From Thermodesulfovibrionia bacterium (GTDB lineage Bacteria; Nitrospirota; Thermodesulfovibrionia; UBA6902; BMS3Bbin08), in assembly GCA_030694425.1 (NCBI GenBank), contig JAUXYI010000079.1:59577-123576 (forward strand): a stretch of 64,000 nucleotides of DNA, written 5' to 3'. Of this stretch, positions 22,291 through 31,779 are shown piece by piece; positions within the stretch are counted from its first letter, which is position 1, and every line of letters begins with the position of its first letter. The notes under the pieces were generated by a model that was not told where the DNA came from, made no database searches, and saw nothing but the letters and a program-made list of their open reading frames with translations. The position numbers were made by a program, and so were the translations under genes.

Positions 22291-22521
22291 TGCAGGGAAG
22301 TAATATAATTTTCCAACTACCGGCAGTTATAGAGTATCACAGATAAGAAAATTATTGCAATAATTTTTTAATAAAGGTAGAATACGCTCATTACCATGGA
22401 ATAATTAAAGGTATCTATAAAAACATTTTCCCAGATACGATATGTGTCGGTATTTCTTACATAATGATTTTTTTCATATATCATATTAAATAATTTCTTT
22501 TAAAATTAGGGTGTTAAAAAC

Positions 22522-22537
22522 TGGCATGGGATTTGCT
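22522..22537 (+). promoter_or_regulatory. Sigma54 -24/-12 promoter
   Basis: TGGCAT-GGGAT-TTGCT just upstream of 22560. Confidence 0.75.
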
Positions 22538-22559
22538 TCTAAGTTAAAAGGGAAAGACA

Positions 22560-22991
22560 ATGCTCGAAAGTAAAAAAAGACTCGGTGTTATGCTCGTAGA
22601 AGCAGGAGTTATAAATGATATGCAGCGAGGCGCCGCTCTGGGAGAGCAAAAACGGTGGGGCGGAAAACTCGCCTCTTTACTCATATTTATGGGCTTTGCT
22701 GATGAAAGAACAGTTGCTGCTGTTCTTGAGAAACAGCTCGGGCAAAAATGCATTGCCCTCAAAGATAAAGAAATCTCATCAAACATTCTTTCCATGGTAA
22801 AACCCAGCATAGCCAAAAAATACAACATAATACCTATTGATTTTGATAAGAGAACCCTCTCTGTAGCTATATCAAACCCTAATGACCTAAGAGCACTTGA
22901 TGACCTTACCTTTGCTCTCGGCATAAAAGTCAAGCCTGTTCTTGCCCTTGAATACGGAATAAAAAACGCCTTAGGCAGATACTACGCCTAA
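22560..22991 (+). CDS. Standalone MshEN/GspE N-terminal domain protein
   Basis: RLGVMLVEAGVI...AL..Q MshEN-type motif followed by a GspE-N-like region; no ATPase domain. Confidence 0.8.
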   Translation: MLESKKRLGVMLVEAGVINDMQRGAALGEQKRWGGKLASLLIFMGFADERTVAAVLEKQLGQKCIALKDKEISSNILSMVKPSIAKKYNIIPIDFDKRTLSVAISNPNDLRALDDLTFALGIKVKPVLALEYGIKNALGRYYA

Positions 22992-23244
22992 AAACGACTC
23001 AAGCTCCTGAGCTTTCAAGATACAGAAATAACTCTTTCATTTCCTTAAAGTCCTATAAATTTCTCTACGAGTCTCCCGATATGTATCGGGACATTATTGT
23101 AAATCTACATCATGCACCAATATGCAGTATTTATACAAATAATATACCTAAAATATACAAATAATGCTTGACATATATCACTTTTTATGGTAGTAATATG
23201 CATGTAATGGCAAAATTGAAAAAATAGTGTGAAGGGAGGCAATA

Positions 23245-23373
23245 ATGGTCCTGTTTTTAATAGGATTCTTAATCGGCGGTTTTCTCGGCATACTACTTAT
23301 GGCGATTCTTGCTGTTAGTAAAAGAGAAGATGAGCTGATGGAGAATCTTGTTAGAAAAAATCTGATTACCTAA
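23245..23373 (+). CDS. 42-aa single-TM protein (DUF3789-like), missing from the ORF track
   Basis: GGGAGG RBS; MVLFLIGFLIGGFLGILLMAILAVSKREDE...; TTGACA at 23168. Confidence 0.65.
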   Translation: MVLFLIGFLIGGFLGILLMAILAVSKREDELMENLVRKNLIT

Positions 23374-23533
23374 GACCGAAACACTGACAACTCAGCGCTG
23401 ATTTTGCTCTGACATTATCCCGACTATTCGGGACCGTTATCTCTTTTGCGCGAGTAAATCCTCTTTTAACCTATAACCACTGTCAGGGCAAAAAAGAGAA
23501 TCAGAGCTTAAAGGATTCGAAGATATTTATTAA

Positions 23534-23740
23534 ATGGCAAAACAAATAGGAGACATAAAATTATATTCTGTTAGAGACCTGAATAAAGACCTGGGTGTCA
23601 ATGAACGAACGCTTAGAAACTGGTTTAATAAAAGAAAACTTAATGGTGTCAAAATAGGAATAGAATGGCATATCACAGAGGAAAATCTCAAAAAGTTTCT
23701 CAATGCAGAAGATGCTGGAAAGACAAAAGATTTGGAATGA
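23534..23740 (+). CDS. Excisionase-like helix-turn-helix protein (HTH_17/MerR-like)
   Basis: LYSVRDL...LGVNERTLRNW...GVKIG.EWHI pattern. Confidence 0.75.
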   Translation: MAKQIGDIKLYSVRDLNKDLGVNERTLRNWFNKRKLNGVKIGIEWHITEENLKKFLNAEDAGKTKDLE

Positions 23741-23846
23741 CAAAGTATAGAATCGCTCAACTTAGGTTATAAGTAAAATCCGTTAGAAAATCCCGCCATT
23801 TTCAATAAAAAAGGACTCACGGCAAACCGTAAGTCCTTGATTTGTA

Positions 23847-23886
23847 TTGGTAGCGGGGAGAGGATTTGAACCTCTGACCTTCGGGT
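23847..23886 (-). mobile_element. att-like duplication of the tRNA-fMet 3' half
   Basis: 40-bp exact direct repeat of 24639-24678, ending at the anticodon loop. Confidence 0.85.
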
Positions 23887-23911
23887 GGGGAAAATATATC
23901 TGACAATATTA

Positions 23912-24271
23912 TTAATTCTTTTTAAGATTTTTTGCTCTATTTTTAAGCTCAGATATAAGGTTTTTTAAAAACTTATTTTCATGCTCATCCATTTGGATAA
24001 ATTTTATATTTACTTCATAGATAGGAACAGCAGCATCATTTACACTCTGTGTTTCCCTTAGAAAAGAACTGACTACCTCAGCTGTCGGCTTTATCTTTTC
24101 ATTATTACCAGAAACCATCTCTATTCTATAAAGGCTGTTAGTCATAAGCCGCTCTGATGTTAGCAAACGCATTTCACTAACACTCAATATTTTTATTCTA
24201 AATTGTTTTCTTAAGATAAGGGTTACTAATTTTTTGCCATTTACTAAACATTCAGCCGCATCGTTTATCAT
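23912..24271 (-). CDS. Hypothetical protein, possibly a degenerate PilZ domain
   Basis: ILSVSEMRL..AEVV..YEVNIKF..LKNLI resembles the PilZ barrel pattern; RxxxR motif absent. Confidence 0.45.
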   Translation of the reverse strand: MINDAAECLVNGKKLVTLILRKQFRIKILSVSEMRLLTSERLMTNSLYRIEMVSGNNEKIKPTAEVVSSFLRETQSVNDAAVPIYEVNIKFIQMDEHENKFLKNLISELKNRAKNLKKN

Positions 24272-24639
24272 CTATTTCCCCATTAGTAACGATATATATT
24301 TATTTGCTCTTGATATCTCCAATTCTTACCTTCACATTTAGTTTCAGAAGCCAAACGTACATAACAAAATAATAACTTACAAATAGAGGAAATTATTGTG
24401 ATGCAAATCACAAAATGTAAGAGGATATTGAGAAGATAAATTTTTAGTTACAGAAAAAATTTGCGCCGAAGATTACACCCACTATGTAGATTATCAATCC
24501 TTAAACAATAATCTATCAACATCCATATTTGAATAGTTATGCAAATATCAGACTAACAATTACGTAAGGAATCATTTAATTAAATATAAAGCCCATTTCG
24601 TCTCAATTTATAGAGACTCAATGGGCTGTGCATTTTATT

Positions 24640-24716
<77 letters not shown>

Positions 24717-24801
24717 ATCCATTATTACATTACTGTAAAACTGTCTTAAAAGTCAACCCGGGACCAAATCTCCCTGTAATCAAATTTAATCACAAAGTTT
24801 T

Positions 24802-25977
24802 TTAATTAATTATTACAAACGACTGGATACCTTCTTTTTGCCGAATGACTCTGGAAAGGTTCAATGCCTCGTTTTTATTCTTAAACTTCCCCACCAAAAC
24901 CCTGTAAACAGATCTATTGTCAGCCCTTAACTCTTTTATAACAAACACTTCGTAACCTTTCTTTTCTAATTTATCAACAAACAAAACAGCATTTTTTTCA
25001 TTTTCATAAACACTTACTTGAACTGAATAACCTGTCTTCTTAAAAAATTCTGATTTTTTAGGGGGTATTTTTTTCTTTCCCTGTACTATGTTAGTCGTAT
25101 CTGTCTCTGCGGCAGGGGCGACCGACTCTTCCGGTCTATCAATAACTACCGAAGGAAAAACCTTTTTTGTCTCTATCTTATCTGCTGGAAGTGTTTCTGC
25201 GGTTATATCTTTTTGAACAGACTTTTTTTCTCCAGGGGTTTCTTCTAAAAAAGCGCTTATGAGTTTTTCGCCTGTATCTGTAAAAAACAATACCGCCACG
25301 CTAAATCCAGCAAAGATTAATAAAGCCGCATAAATCGGAAGACGTTTTTTGACAAGACTCTTTTTTATTCCCCTATAAGATTCATAGTCCCCTTTAAACA
25401 AATCCTTATCTACCTCTTTATCAGCATAATTCTTTTTTTGTTCAACCGTCTCATCCTCCAATAATTCACTCGGGGCTTTAATTGATTCCGCTTTGGTTGC
25501 CTCCAGAACATTTGATTGTTCATCAAGGGGAAACATTCTAACTTCTTTTTCAACAAGAGGCTCGCGAGGTATTGCGTACCTCGCAGATGATACGGCACCT
25601 CTACCCAAAACATCCATGGTTTTAGAAACAAGCTCATCGGTATTTAAAGGTTTTACAAGAACATCAACAACTCCCAAGGTTGCGGCATACCGGGGATCCA
25701 GTTCGCCAGGGTAAGAAATCAACATAATAACTGGTACTTCTTTTAAATTTTTAATAGAGTGAATTGATTTGCAGACCCTTACACCCTCAGAGCCAAATGA
25801 AAGAAAACTTATAAAAATAAGGTCGGGGTCTATTTGCTTAGCCTTCTCAACAGCATTTTCTGGGTCTGAGATAATAATCACTTCCAGGCCTTTTGCTTCA
25901 AGTTCCCGCAAAATTAGTTTGCACGTACCATGGTCATCATCTATTACAATTACTTTTTCTTCTTGCCTTTCACTCAT
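24802..25977 (-). CDS. Pseudo-receiver - TM - SPOR domain protein
   Basis: REC fold with DLIFISF (Ser at the phospho-Asp position), one TM, C-terminal YSVQV..YRVLVG SPOR domain. Confidence 0.8.
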   Translation of the reverse strand: MSERQEEKVIVIDDDHGTCKLILRELEAKGLEVIIISDPENAVEKAKQIDPDLIFISFLSFGSEGVRVCKSIHSIKNLKEVPVIMLISYPGELDPRYAATLGVVDVLVKPLNTDELVSKTMDVLGRGAVSSARYAIPREPLVEKEVRMFPLDEQSNVLEATKAESIKAPSELLEDETVEQKKNYADKEVDKDLFKGDYESYRGIKKSLVKKRLPIYAALLIFAGFSVAVLFFTDTGEKLISAFLEETPGEKKSVQKDITAETLPADKIETKKVFPSVVIDRPEESVAPAAETDTTNIVQGKKKIPPKKSEFFKKTGYSVQVSVYENEKNAVLFVDKLEKKGYEVFVIKELRADNRSVYRVLVGKFKNKNEALNLSRVIRQKEGIQSFVIIN

Positions 25978-26041
25978 AAAATTTATTGAAAATTTATCTT
26001 CTTAATTATACAGGATAAGAGATAAATATTTTCTTAGCCTT

Positions 26042-29000
26042 TCATTCTTTTATTACTTTTACCATTATATCCCCAAACCCTGGCATTCCGCTGAAACTGG
26101 AGATATTTGAAGGATCAAAGAGCTCATTAATATTTGGAGTATATTCTGCTATGCTATTCATAAACCCGATTCCAGAGGCATTTTGACCTCCGGGACCAAA
26201 GGCGGTTTTGATAACACCAGGCATCACTTCTTCTGTTAAAAATGCTTTACCTTTAATAGATTTTTTTAATGGGTTTTCCAGAATTACAATGTCCCCGGTT
26301 TTTATACCAAGCTTTTCTGCCTCATTCTCGTTAAATGCAAAAACAGGGATTGAGATGCTCCCCGCATTAAAAGATACCTCTTCATTATCAGGAAAACTGT
26401 ATTTGTTAGGAATGTCTTTGAGTTCGGGCATGGTGTATTTAAAATCATTGTTTAATGGCTGCATGCACTCTGTTTTTGTTTCTGCAAGATACGAACAGAT
26501 TGTTGTCATTGTCATTGCATAATGAACCCTTCCGCTTATTAATTGAAACGGATACTTCTTGCTGATATCCTTATAAGAAAGATTTTTTGGATTCCATTTA
26601 CACTCTGACCAGTAAAAAGTAATTGGAAAATCTGTTCTAAATTTTTTATTAATATTTTCAAGATAACTGAATTTAAATTCAAACTTTTTTGAGTTAGTTT
26701 TTGGATATATGCCAGATGGAGAGCCGCCTGATTTTTTATACCTGTAATAACTTGCAGGCCATATTGCCACGCCGTGATGTTTTCTTAACCAGTCAACCGT
26801 AAGGTATTCTCCCTGTTTTATCACTTTTTCATCCAATATTGCTGTTGGATTATCCGGTGTTCCTATTATCAAAGCGCCCTCTGGAAACTCAGGATATGGA
26901 AGAGGTTTGCCGATATTGTAAAATCCTGGGGCTTCACTCAGTATCTCATTTATAAAATCTTCCTCATTTTTATATCTTTTATTAAAATCCTCTGTCTTGA
27001 TGTCTGAATCGCCATTTTTTATAAGCGCATCAGACAGAGCAATCATAATCTCAAAAGGTGTTTTAGATTCATAAAGAGGCTTTATAACCTGATCCCTGAT
27101 GGCTACTTCAGGGCTCATTGTATAGACATCGCTCAACCCCATTCTTTCAAGAAAACCTGCTTCAGGAAGCACGATGTCTGCATATTTGCCTGTCACGGTT
27201 ATATGTGTATCTATGAATACGATTAATTCTAATTTGTACTCCGAAAATACTCCTAAATACCCCTCACCCTTGCCCTCTCCCACAAGGGGAGAGGGGACTT
27301 CATCTTTTATCTCCCCTCCCTTGACAGGAGAGGATGTAGGGGAGAGTGAGAGGGGATTATTTTTATTGTTATTCTTGTATTTCATAGTTAATGCATCTAT
27401 CCAGTCAGATGTATTGCCTGCGGTTACAACAGGATTTCCTGCCCTTGTTATAAAGGCCCTGACAGGATAGTTATAGCCTTTAAACGATCCGTATTTTAAT
27501 TTTATTCCCTGCCTTATTTTCTCGGGCAAATCAGACAACACGCCTTTCACTGTAGAAGGATAATCTCCGTAGGTGTCTTTGTTAAGCTCTGAAATTTTTC
27601 CTGAAACATCATTCCCGTTTATTTTTCTGATGACCATTTTTTCAAGAAATTCTTTCCCTATTGTCTTATTCCCCTTTTTTACCTTTTGAGATTCTATGAA
27701 TACAAGCCCGCCAGGGTTATCTATATTGCCTGTTAAAAGACAGAGCGCTGTCATGAGTATTGACGTAACATCTCCATCTGTATGATGAGATGCACCGTGC
27801 ATTCCGATTTCAATTGCTGCCGGTTTTGTAATCCCGAACAAGTGCGATACTTTTTTTATGTCATTTATGGAGATACCTGTTTTTTCTTCTGCCCACTCAG
27901 GCGTAAAAAAGAATAGATTATTAGATGGGTCTTTTCTTTCTGTGTACGAGAGGAATGCCTCTTTAAATTCTTTCCAGCCTGTTGTGTATTTTTCAAGAAA
28001 ATCATGGTCAATATATTTTGTCGAAGCGACTCTCCGCGAAGACTCGTTCCGAGCTGAAGGATTATCAGGCGAGTCATTTTTAATAATGTAATAAAGCATT
28101 GCTGCAAGCAGCGCTGCATCTGTTCCCGGTCTTATCGGGAGCCATATATCTGCATGGGCAGCGGAATTTGTATAAGCAGGGTCAGCTACAATATACATAC
28201 ATCCATTTTCATTTTTTGCCCCGACAATGCCATATGACATATAGTTAAATCTTGTTGCAACAAAAGGATTAACTCCTATGTTTAAAACAAGTCTTGCATC
28301 ATGCCTGGTTTTAAGATATGCCTCTCCTGAATCATTTCTCATAAGAACAGGCCTTTGGATATCAGGAAGAGGTCTCTCATCTCCCATCATAATGCCCTGC
28401 CCCCATCTGCGGTTAGAGTCGCAGATACTGCCGTGGTGATAAATATTAGGGGTGCCAAATGCGTGGAACAGCCTGTAATAAGCCTCTCTGTCGGTAACAT
28501 CACCTAAATCAAGAAATACTGCCTCGGGACCGAATTCTTTTTTGATTTTTAATAACTTTTTTGCAATGTACTGAGCAGCCTCATCCCACGTAATGGGCTT
28601 CCATTTATCTTCGCCTCGTTGTCCTGTTCTCATCAAAGGCGTCTTAATCCTGTGAGGTGAATATGTTAACTGAAGCCCTGAGGCGCCCTTTGCACAGAAT
28701 GCGCCGTTATTTATCAGTGTATGGGAATTCCCGTATATTTTTTTTGCAATGCCGTTTTCTACAAGCACCGAAATGCCGCATTCAGAAGGACACATGACAT
28801 CAGAGGTATAGATTAATACACCCTCCCCCTCACCCCCTCCCATCAAGGGAGGGGGGAATTTAAAGACATCCTCCTCACCTTGGTGGAAAGGTCTTTTACC
28901 ATCTACCCTCTCCCCTTGCGGGAGAGGGTCAGGGTGAGGGGAGGCACTGGTTATCTCATAATTTTTTAATAGGGAACTGCTAACATCGCCTTTAAATACA

Positions 29001-29542
29001 TAAAAAACTACAGGATATGTTCCGAGTTCAGGACTGAGCGTCTTTATCTGGCTTTTTTTAAGGGCAATTGCTATCTCGCTCTTTGCATCATTAATATCGC
29101 CAAACATAATCGCCTTTCCCATACAACTCTGCACGCAAACCGGTGACAGCCCTTTTATTATCCGGTTATAGCAAAAATCGCATTTCTCAGCCTGTCCTGT
29201 GAATCGGTCTATTTCAATTGCATTGTATGGGCACTTTTCATAGCATATCCCGCAGCCTGTGCATTTATTATTGTTTATTATGACAACGCCATCCTGATTT
29301 TTAAAAAGGGCTTTTTCTTCACATGATTCGATACACGGGGCATTATCACAATGATTGCAGAGCCTCGGAAGGAAAAATTTCTTGACAGCAGGGTATTTGC
29401 CTGATTGATATGTTTCAACTCGGCATCTGAAAGTTCCGAATGGAATGTCATATTCTGCCTTGCATGTTACCTGACACGCATAACACCCGATACATCGGTT
29501 AAGGTTAATCAACATCCCATATCTTTTTTGATAATTTGTCAT
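26042..29542 (-). CDS. Molybdopterin (DMSO reductase family) oxidoreductase with N-terminal 4x[4Fe-4S] ferredoxin domain
   Basis: DmsB/NrfC-type Cys clusters, FCAKG..PHRIKTPL, HGSICD, ADIVLP, C-terminal dinucleotide-binding region. Confidence 0.88.
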   Translation of the reverse strand: MTNYQKRYGMLINLNRCIGCYACQVTCKAEYDIPFGTFRCRVETYQSGKYPAVKKFFLPRLCNHCDNAPCIESCEEKALFKNQDGVVIINNNKCTGCGICYEKCPYNAIEIDRFTGQAEKCDFCYNRIIKGLSPVCVQSCMGKAIMFGDINDAKSEIAIALKKSQIKTLSPELGTYPVVFYVFKGDVSSSLLKNYEITSASPHPDPLPQGERVDGKRPFHQGEEDVFKFPPPLMGGGEGEGVLIYTSDVMCPSECGISVLVENGIAKKIYGNSHTLINNGAFCAKGASGLQLTYSPHRIKTPLMRTGQRGEDKWKPITWDEAAQYIAKKLLKIKKEFGPEAVFLDLGDVTDREAYYRLFHAFGTPNIYHHGSICDSNRRWGQGIMMGDERPLPDIQRPVLMRNDSGEAYLKTRHDARLVLNIGVNPFVATRFNYMSYGIVGAKNENGCMYIVADPAYTNSAAHADIWLPIRPGTDAALLAAMLYYIIKNDSPDNPSARNESSRRVASTKYIDHDFLEKYTTGWKEFKEAFLSYTERKDPSNNLFFFTPEWAEEKTGISINDIKKVSHLFGITKPAAIEIGMHGASHHTDGDVTSILMTALCLLTGNIDNPGGLVFIESQKVKKGNKTIGKEFLEKMVIRKINGNDVSGKISELNKDTYGDYPSTVKGVLSDLPEKIRQGIKLKYGSFKGYNYPVRAFITRAGNPVVTAGNTSDWIDALTMKYKNNNKNNPLSLSPTSSPVKGGEIKDEVPSPLVGEGKGEGYLGVFSEYKLELIVFIDTHITVTGKYADIVLPEAGFLERMGLSDVYTMSPEVAIRDQVIKPLYESKTPFEIMIALSDALIKNGDSDIKTEDFNKRYKNEEDFINEILSEAPGFYNIGKPLPYPEFPEGALIIGTPDNPTAILDEKVIKQGEYLTVDWLRKHHGVAIWPASYYRYKKSGGSPSGIYPKTNSKKFEFKFSYLENINKKFRTDFPITFYWSECKWNPKNLSYKDISKKYPFQLISGRVHYAMTMTTICSYLAETKTECMQPLNNDFKYTMPELKDIPNKYSFPDNEEVSFNAGSISIPVFAFNENEAEKLGIKTGDIVILENPLKKSIKGKAFLTEEVMPGVIKTAFGPGGQNASGIGFMNSIAEYTPNINELFDPSNISSFSGMPGFGDIMVKVIKE
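27258..27365. repeat. GC-rich palindromic element in frame in the molybdoenzyme
   Basis: CCCTCACCC..CCCTCTCCC..GGGAGAGG hairpins; translates as NNPLSLSPTSSPVKGGE..PSPLVGEGKGEG. Confidence 0.8.
28819..28943. repeat. GC-rich palindromic element in frame at the ferredoxin/catalytic junction
   Basis: CCCTCCC..GGGAGGG and CCCTCTCCC..GGGAGAGGG hairpins; SPHPDPLPQGER..PPPLMGGGEGEG. Confidence 0.8.
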
Positions 29543-29627
29543 GTTAATAGTTTAACGCATTTTAATTAAAGATGAATAAAGAAAATCAATTCTTTTTACA
29601 AGCTGAGATATATCATAACGCGGAAAT

Positions 29628-29663
29628 ACGCTGCTCCGCCCTTTCAGTTACATTTCAGTAACC
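29628..29663 (-). promoter_or_regulatory. Possible ops/JUMPstart-like element
   Basis: Minus strand GGTTAC-TGAAAT-GTAACT hairpin then GGGCGGAGCAGCGT, just downstream of a NusG paralog. Confidence 0.4.
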
Positions 29664-29760
29664 TACAGGGCTTATATCGTAATGCGTAAACAGTGAAAAA
29701 ATTCTTTTAATCTATTTGTCCATTACTCATTACGCTGTACGCATCACGCGCGCATTACGT

Positions 29761-30279
29761 TTAAATTTTCTCCACATCTGCAGCATCTATTGTAAGGGCT
29801 ACTCCTTGGCGTAAAACATCTACGGAAAGCACAAGCAAGTGTTTATCAAGTTTTTCAACAAGTATCCCTTCAACTCCCTTGAGAGGCCCGCCTTTAATTC
29901 TTACCCTTTGTCCTTTGTCAATATATGGATAAGGGTCAAGGGCTTCTTTGTTTTCCATAAGTCTTTTTAGTGAATTTATCTGTTCGTCAGGAATGGGGTC
30001 CGGGTCTTCCGGTAAAGAGCTTAGAAGCCTGACAACTCCTTTTATTTTCAGGACACTCAACCTTTCCTGTGCGCTTTTAGATATGCGAACAAACAGATAA
30101 CCAGGGAAAAGAGGGAATGTAATTAATTTTTTCCTGTCTTTCCATCTCCTGAGTCTTTCCACAATCGGCAGAAAGGCCTCAATTTGTTTCTTATTAAGCC
30201 TTTCATAGACCTGAAACTCATGTCTTGATTTTACATATACTGCATACCATTTATGTTCTAATGTTTCTACCTGTTCCAT
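29761..30279 (-). CDS. NusG paralog, UpxY/RfaH-type antiterminator
   Basis: WYAVYVKSRHE, PLFPGYLFV NGN domain, KOW (GQRVRIKGGPLKG). Confidence 0.9.
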   Translation of the reverse strand: MEQVETLEHKWYAVYVKSRHEFQVYERLNKKQIEAFLPIVERLRRWKDRKKLITFPLFPGYLFVRISKSAQERLSVLKIKGVVRLLSSLPEDPDPIPDEQINSLKRLMENKEALDPYPYIDKGQRVRIKGGPLKGVEGILVEKLDKHLLVLSVDVLRQGVALTIDAADVEKI

Positions 30280-30304
30280 TTACCTCCCTCTACGAGTCAT
30301 TGAC

Positions 30305-30895
30305 TCAGAGTGAATGAATCTTATCCATATCAGCGCCAAGGTTTTTCATTCTCTGTTTTTCTTTTTCAGTATTAAAAGAAGTAAGTAATATTGCATCGTA
30401 ATTTAAAGCAGGAAAGTCCTCAAATGAATATACATCATGCCCAAAAAATCCTTTTTCTACCCTTTTGCTGTCAACAATGCCAACAAGCTTAAGCGGCAAA
30501 CCGCGCATAGAGACATAAGATAATTCTGCAACCTCTCCATCGCCCCAGATAATGATGTTTTCTACTCCGGAGGAAATCATTTTCTTATAAATATCATCAA
30601 TTCTCTCACGTATATCCTTGAAATAGTTCATTGAATATTGCATATATTCATAAGTAAGCCGTACTTTTTCAGTAAAGCCTTTTGGAGTGAGGATATATTT
30701 AGCCCTGTTCTTAGGTATAGTGGTAATTTTTATGAATCCCTTTTTTGTTAAACGTTTTATATATGCATTTATCAGACCAAGTGCAACGTCGAGTTTGCTG
30801 GAAAGGGTTCGCTGTGTAACTGAGGACTCTTTGCTTATCTCATCAAGAATCCTCAATGTAATGTCATTATGCCTGTTTGTCTCAAGCTTGTTCAT
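30305..30895 (-). CDS. MarR-type winged-helix regulator (EPS-associated type) with C-terminal Rossmann-like domain
   Basis: TQRTLS..LGLIN..YILTPKG; IIIWGDGEVAE. Confidence 0.8.
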   Translation of the reverse strand: MNKLETNRHNDITLRILDEISKESSVTQRTLSSKLDVALGLINAYIKRLTKKGFIKITTIPKNRAKYILTPKGFTEKVRLTYEYMQYSMNYFKDIRERIDDIYKKMISSGVENIIIWGDGEVAELSYVSMRGLPLKLVGIVDSKRVEKGFFGHDVYSFEDFPALNYDAILLTSFNTEKEKQRMKNLGADMDKIHSL

Positions 30896-30996
30896 ATTAT
30901 GAACATCATAGTAAGTTTAGATTTTTTTGTCAAGGTTTTAAAAAAAATTGTAATATAATAAAATATAACCGTAATTAACTTGGATAAAAAATAATC

Positions 30997-31779
30997 ATGA
31001 ACCCTTCTACAAAAATTAAAATCATTCAATACCGTAATGGCTTATCTTCTGAAACATCAGACGATGTTGCTTCAGAAAAAAGGCTGAAACTCTTTTCAAA
31101 TAATAAGGAAGTCCTCAGTTTGCTGTGCACCCCAACAATGGTAAAGGAACTAATTGTAGGCTTTAGCCTTTCAGAAGGGCTTCTTAGACATGATAACGGT
31201 GAACTGCAATCAGCGTGGTGTTCAGAAAGGATGGAAATCCTGTGGAAAGATGAAGAGATAGAGGTGCACCTGCCTATAGATATACCAGAAACAACCGCAA
31301 CTCTGACATCAGGCTGTGCAAAAGGCGTGACTTTTATGATGAATAAAGAAATGCCTATACTCCGGGATGATTTTAAAATCAGCATTAGCGCAATTTTTGA
31401 ACTCTATAGAGAGTTCCAGAAGATGTCAGAGCTTTTCAGGGCAACAGGCGGGGTTCACAGTGCAGCGCTCTGTGATGAAAAAGAGATACTCGCCTTTGCA
31501 GAAGACATCGGAAGACATAATGCTGCGGACAAAATAATAGGCTATGCCTTTCTTGAAAACATACCAATGCAGGATAAAATGCTGCTTTTAAGCGGAAGGC
31601 TTTCTTCAGAAATAGTTAATAAGGCAGTAAGAGCACAGGTACCGATGCTTATCAGCCGAGCAGCCCCTACTGACATGGCAGTAGAGATTGCAAATAAATA
31701 CAGGGTTACTCTGATTGGCTTCCTGCGAGGGCATCAGCTGAACATCTATACCAATCCGGAAAGAGTCAAAACAGATTAA
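30997..31779 (+). CDS. fdhD: Formate dehydrogenase accessory sulfurtransferase
   Basis: TSGC, FRATGGVH, EDIGRHNA, SGRLS. Confidence 0.92.
   Translation: MNPSTKIKIIQYRNGLSSETSDDVASEKRLKLFSNNKEVLSLLCTPTMVKELIVGFSLSEGLLRHDNGELQSAWCSERMEILWKDEEIEVHLPIDIPETTATLTSGCAKGVTFMMNKEMPILRDDFKISISAIFELYREFQKMSELFRATGGVHSAALCDEKEILAFAEDIGRHNAADKIIGYAFLENIPMQDKMLLLSGRLSSEIVNKAVRAQVPMLISRAAPTDMAVEIANKYRVTLIGFLRGHQLNIYTNPERVKTD

Noticed and set aside
23245-24271. Prophage
   Set aside because: Only an Xis-like gene, a small TM gene and an att-like repeat; no integrase or structural genes
26042-29542. Selenocysteine formate dehydrogenase (suggested by nearby fdhD)
   Set aside because: No in-frame TGA, and the active-site region HGSICD lacks the FDH (C/U)H motif
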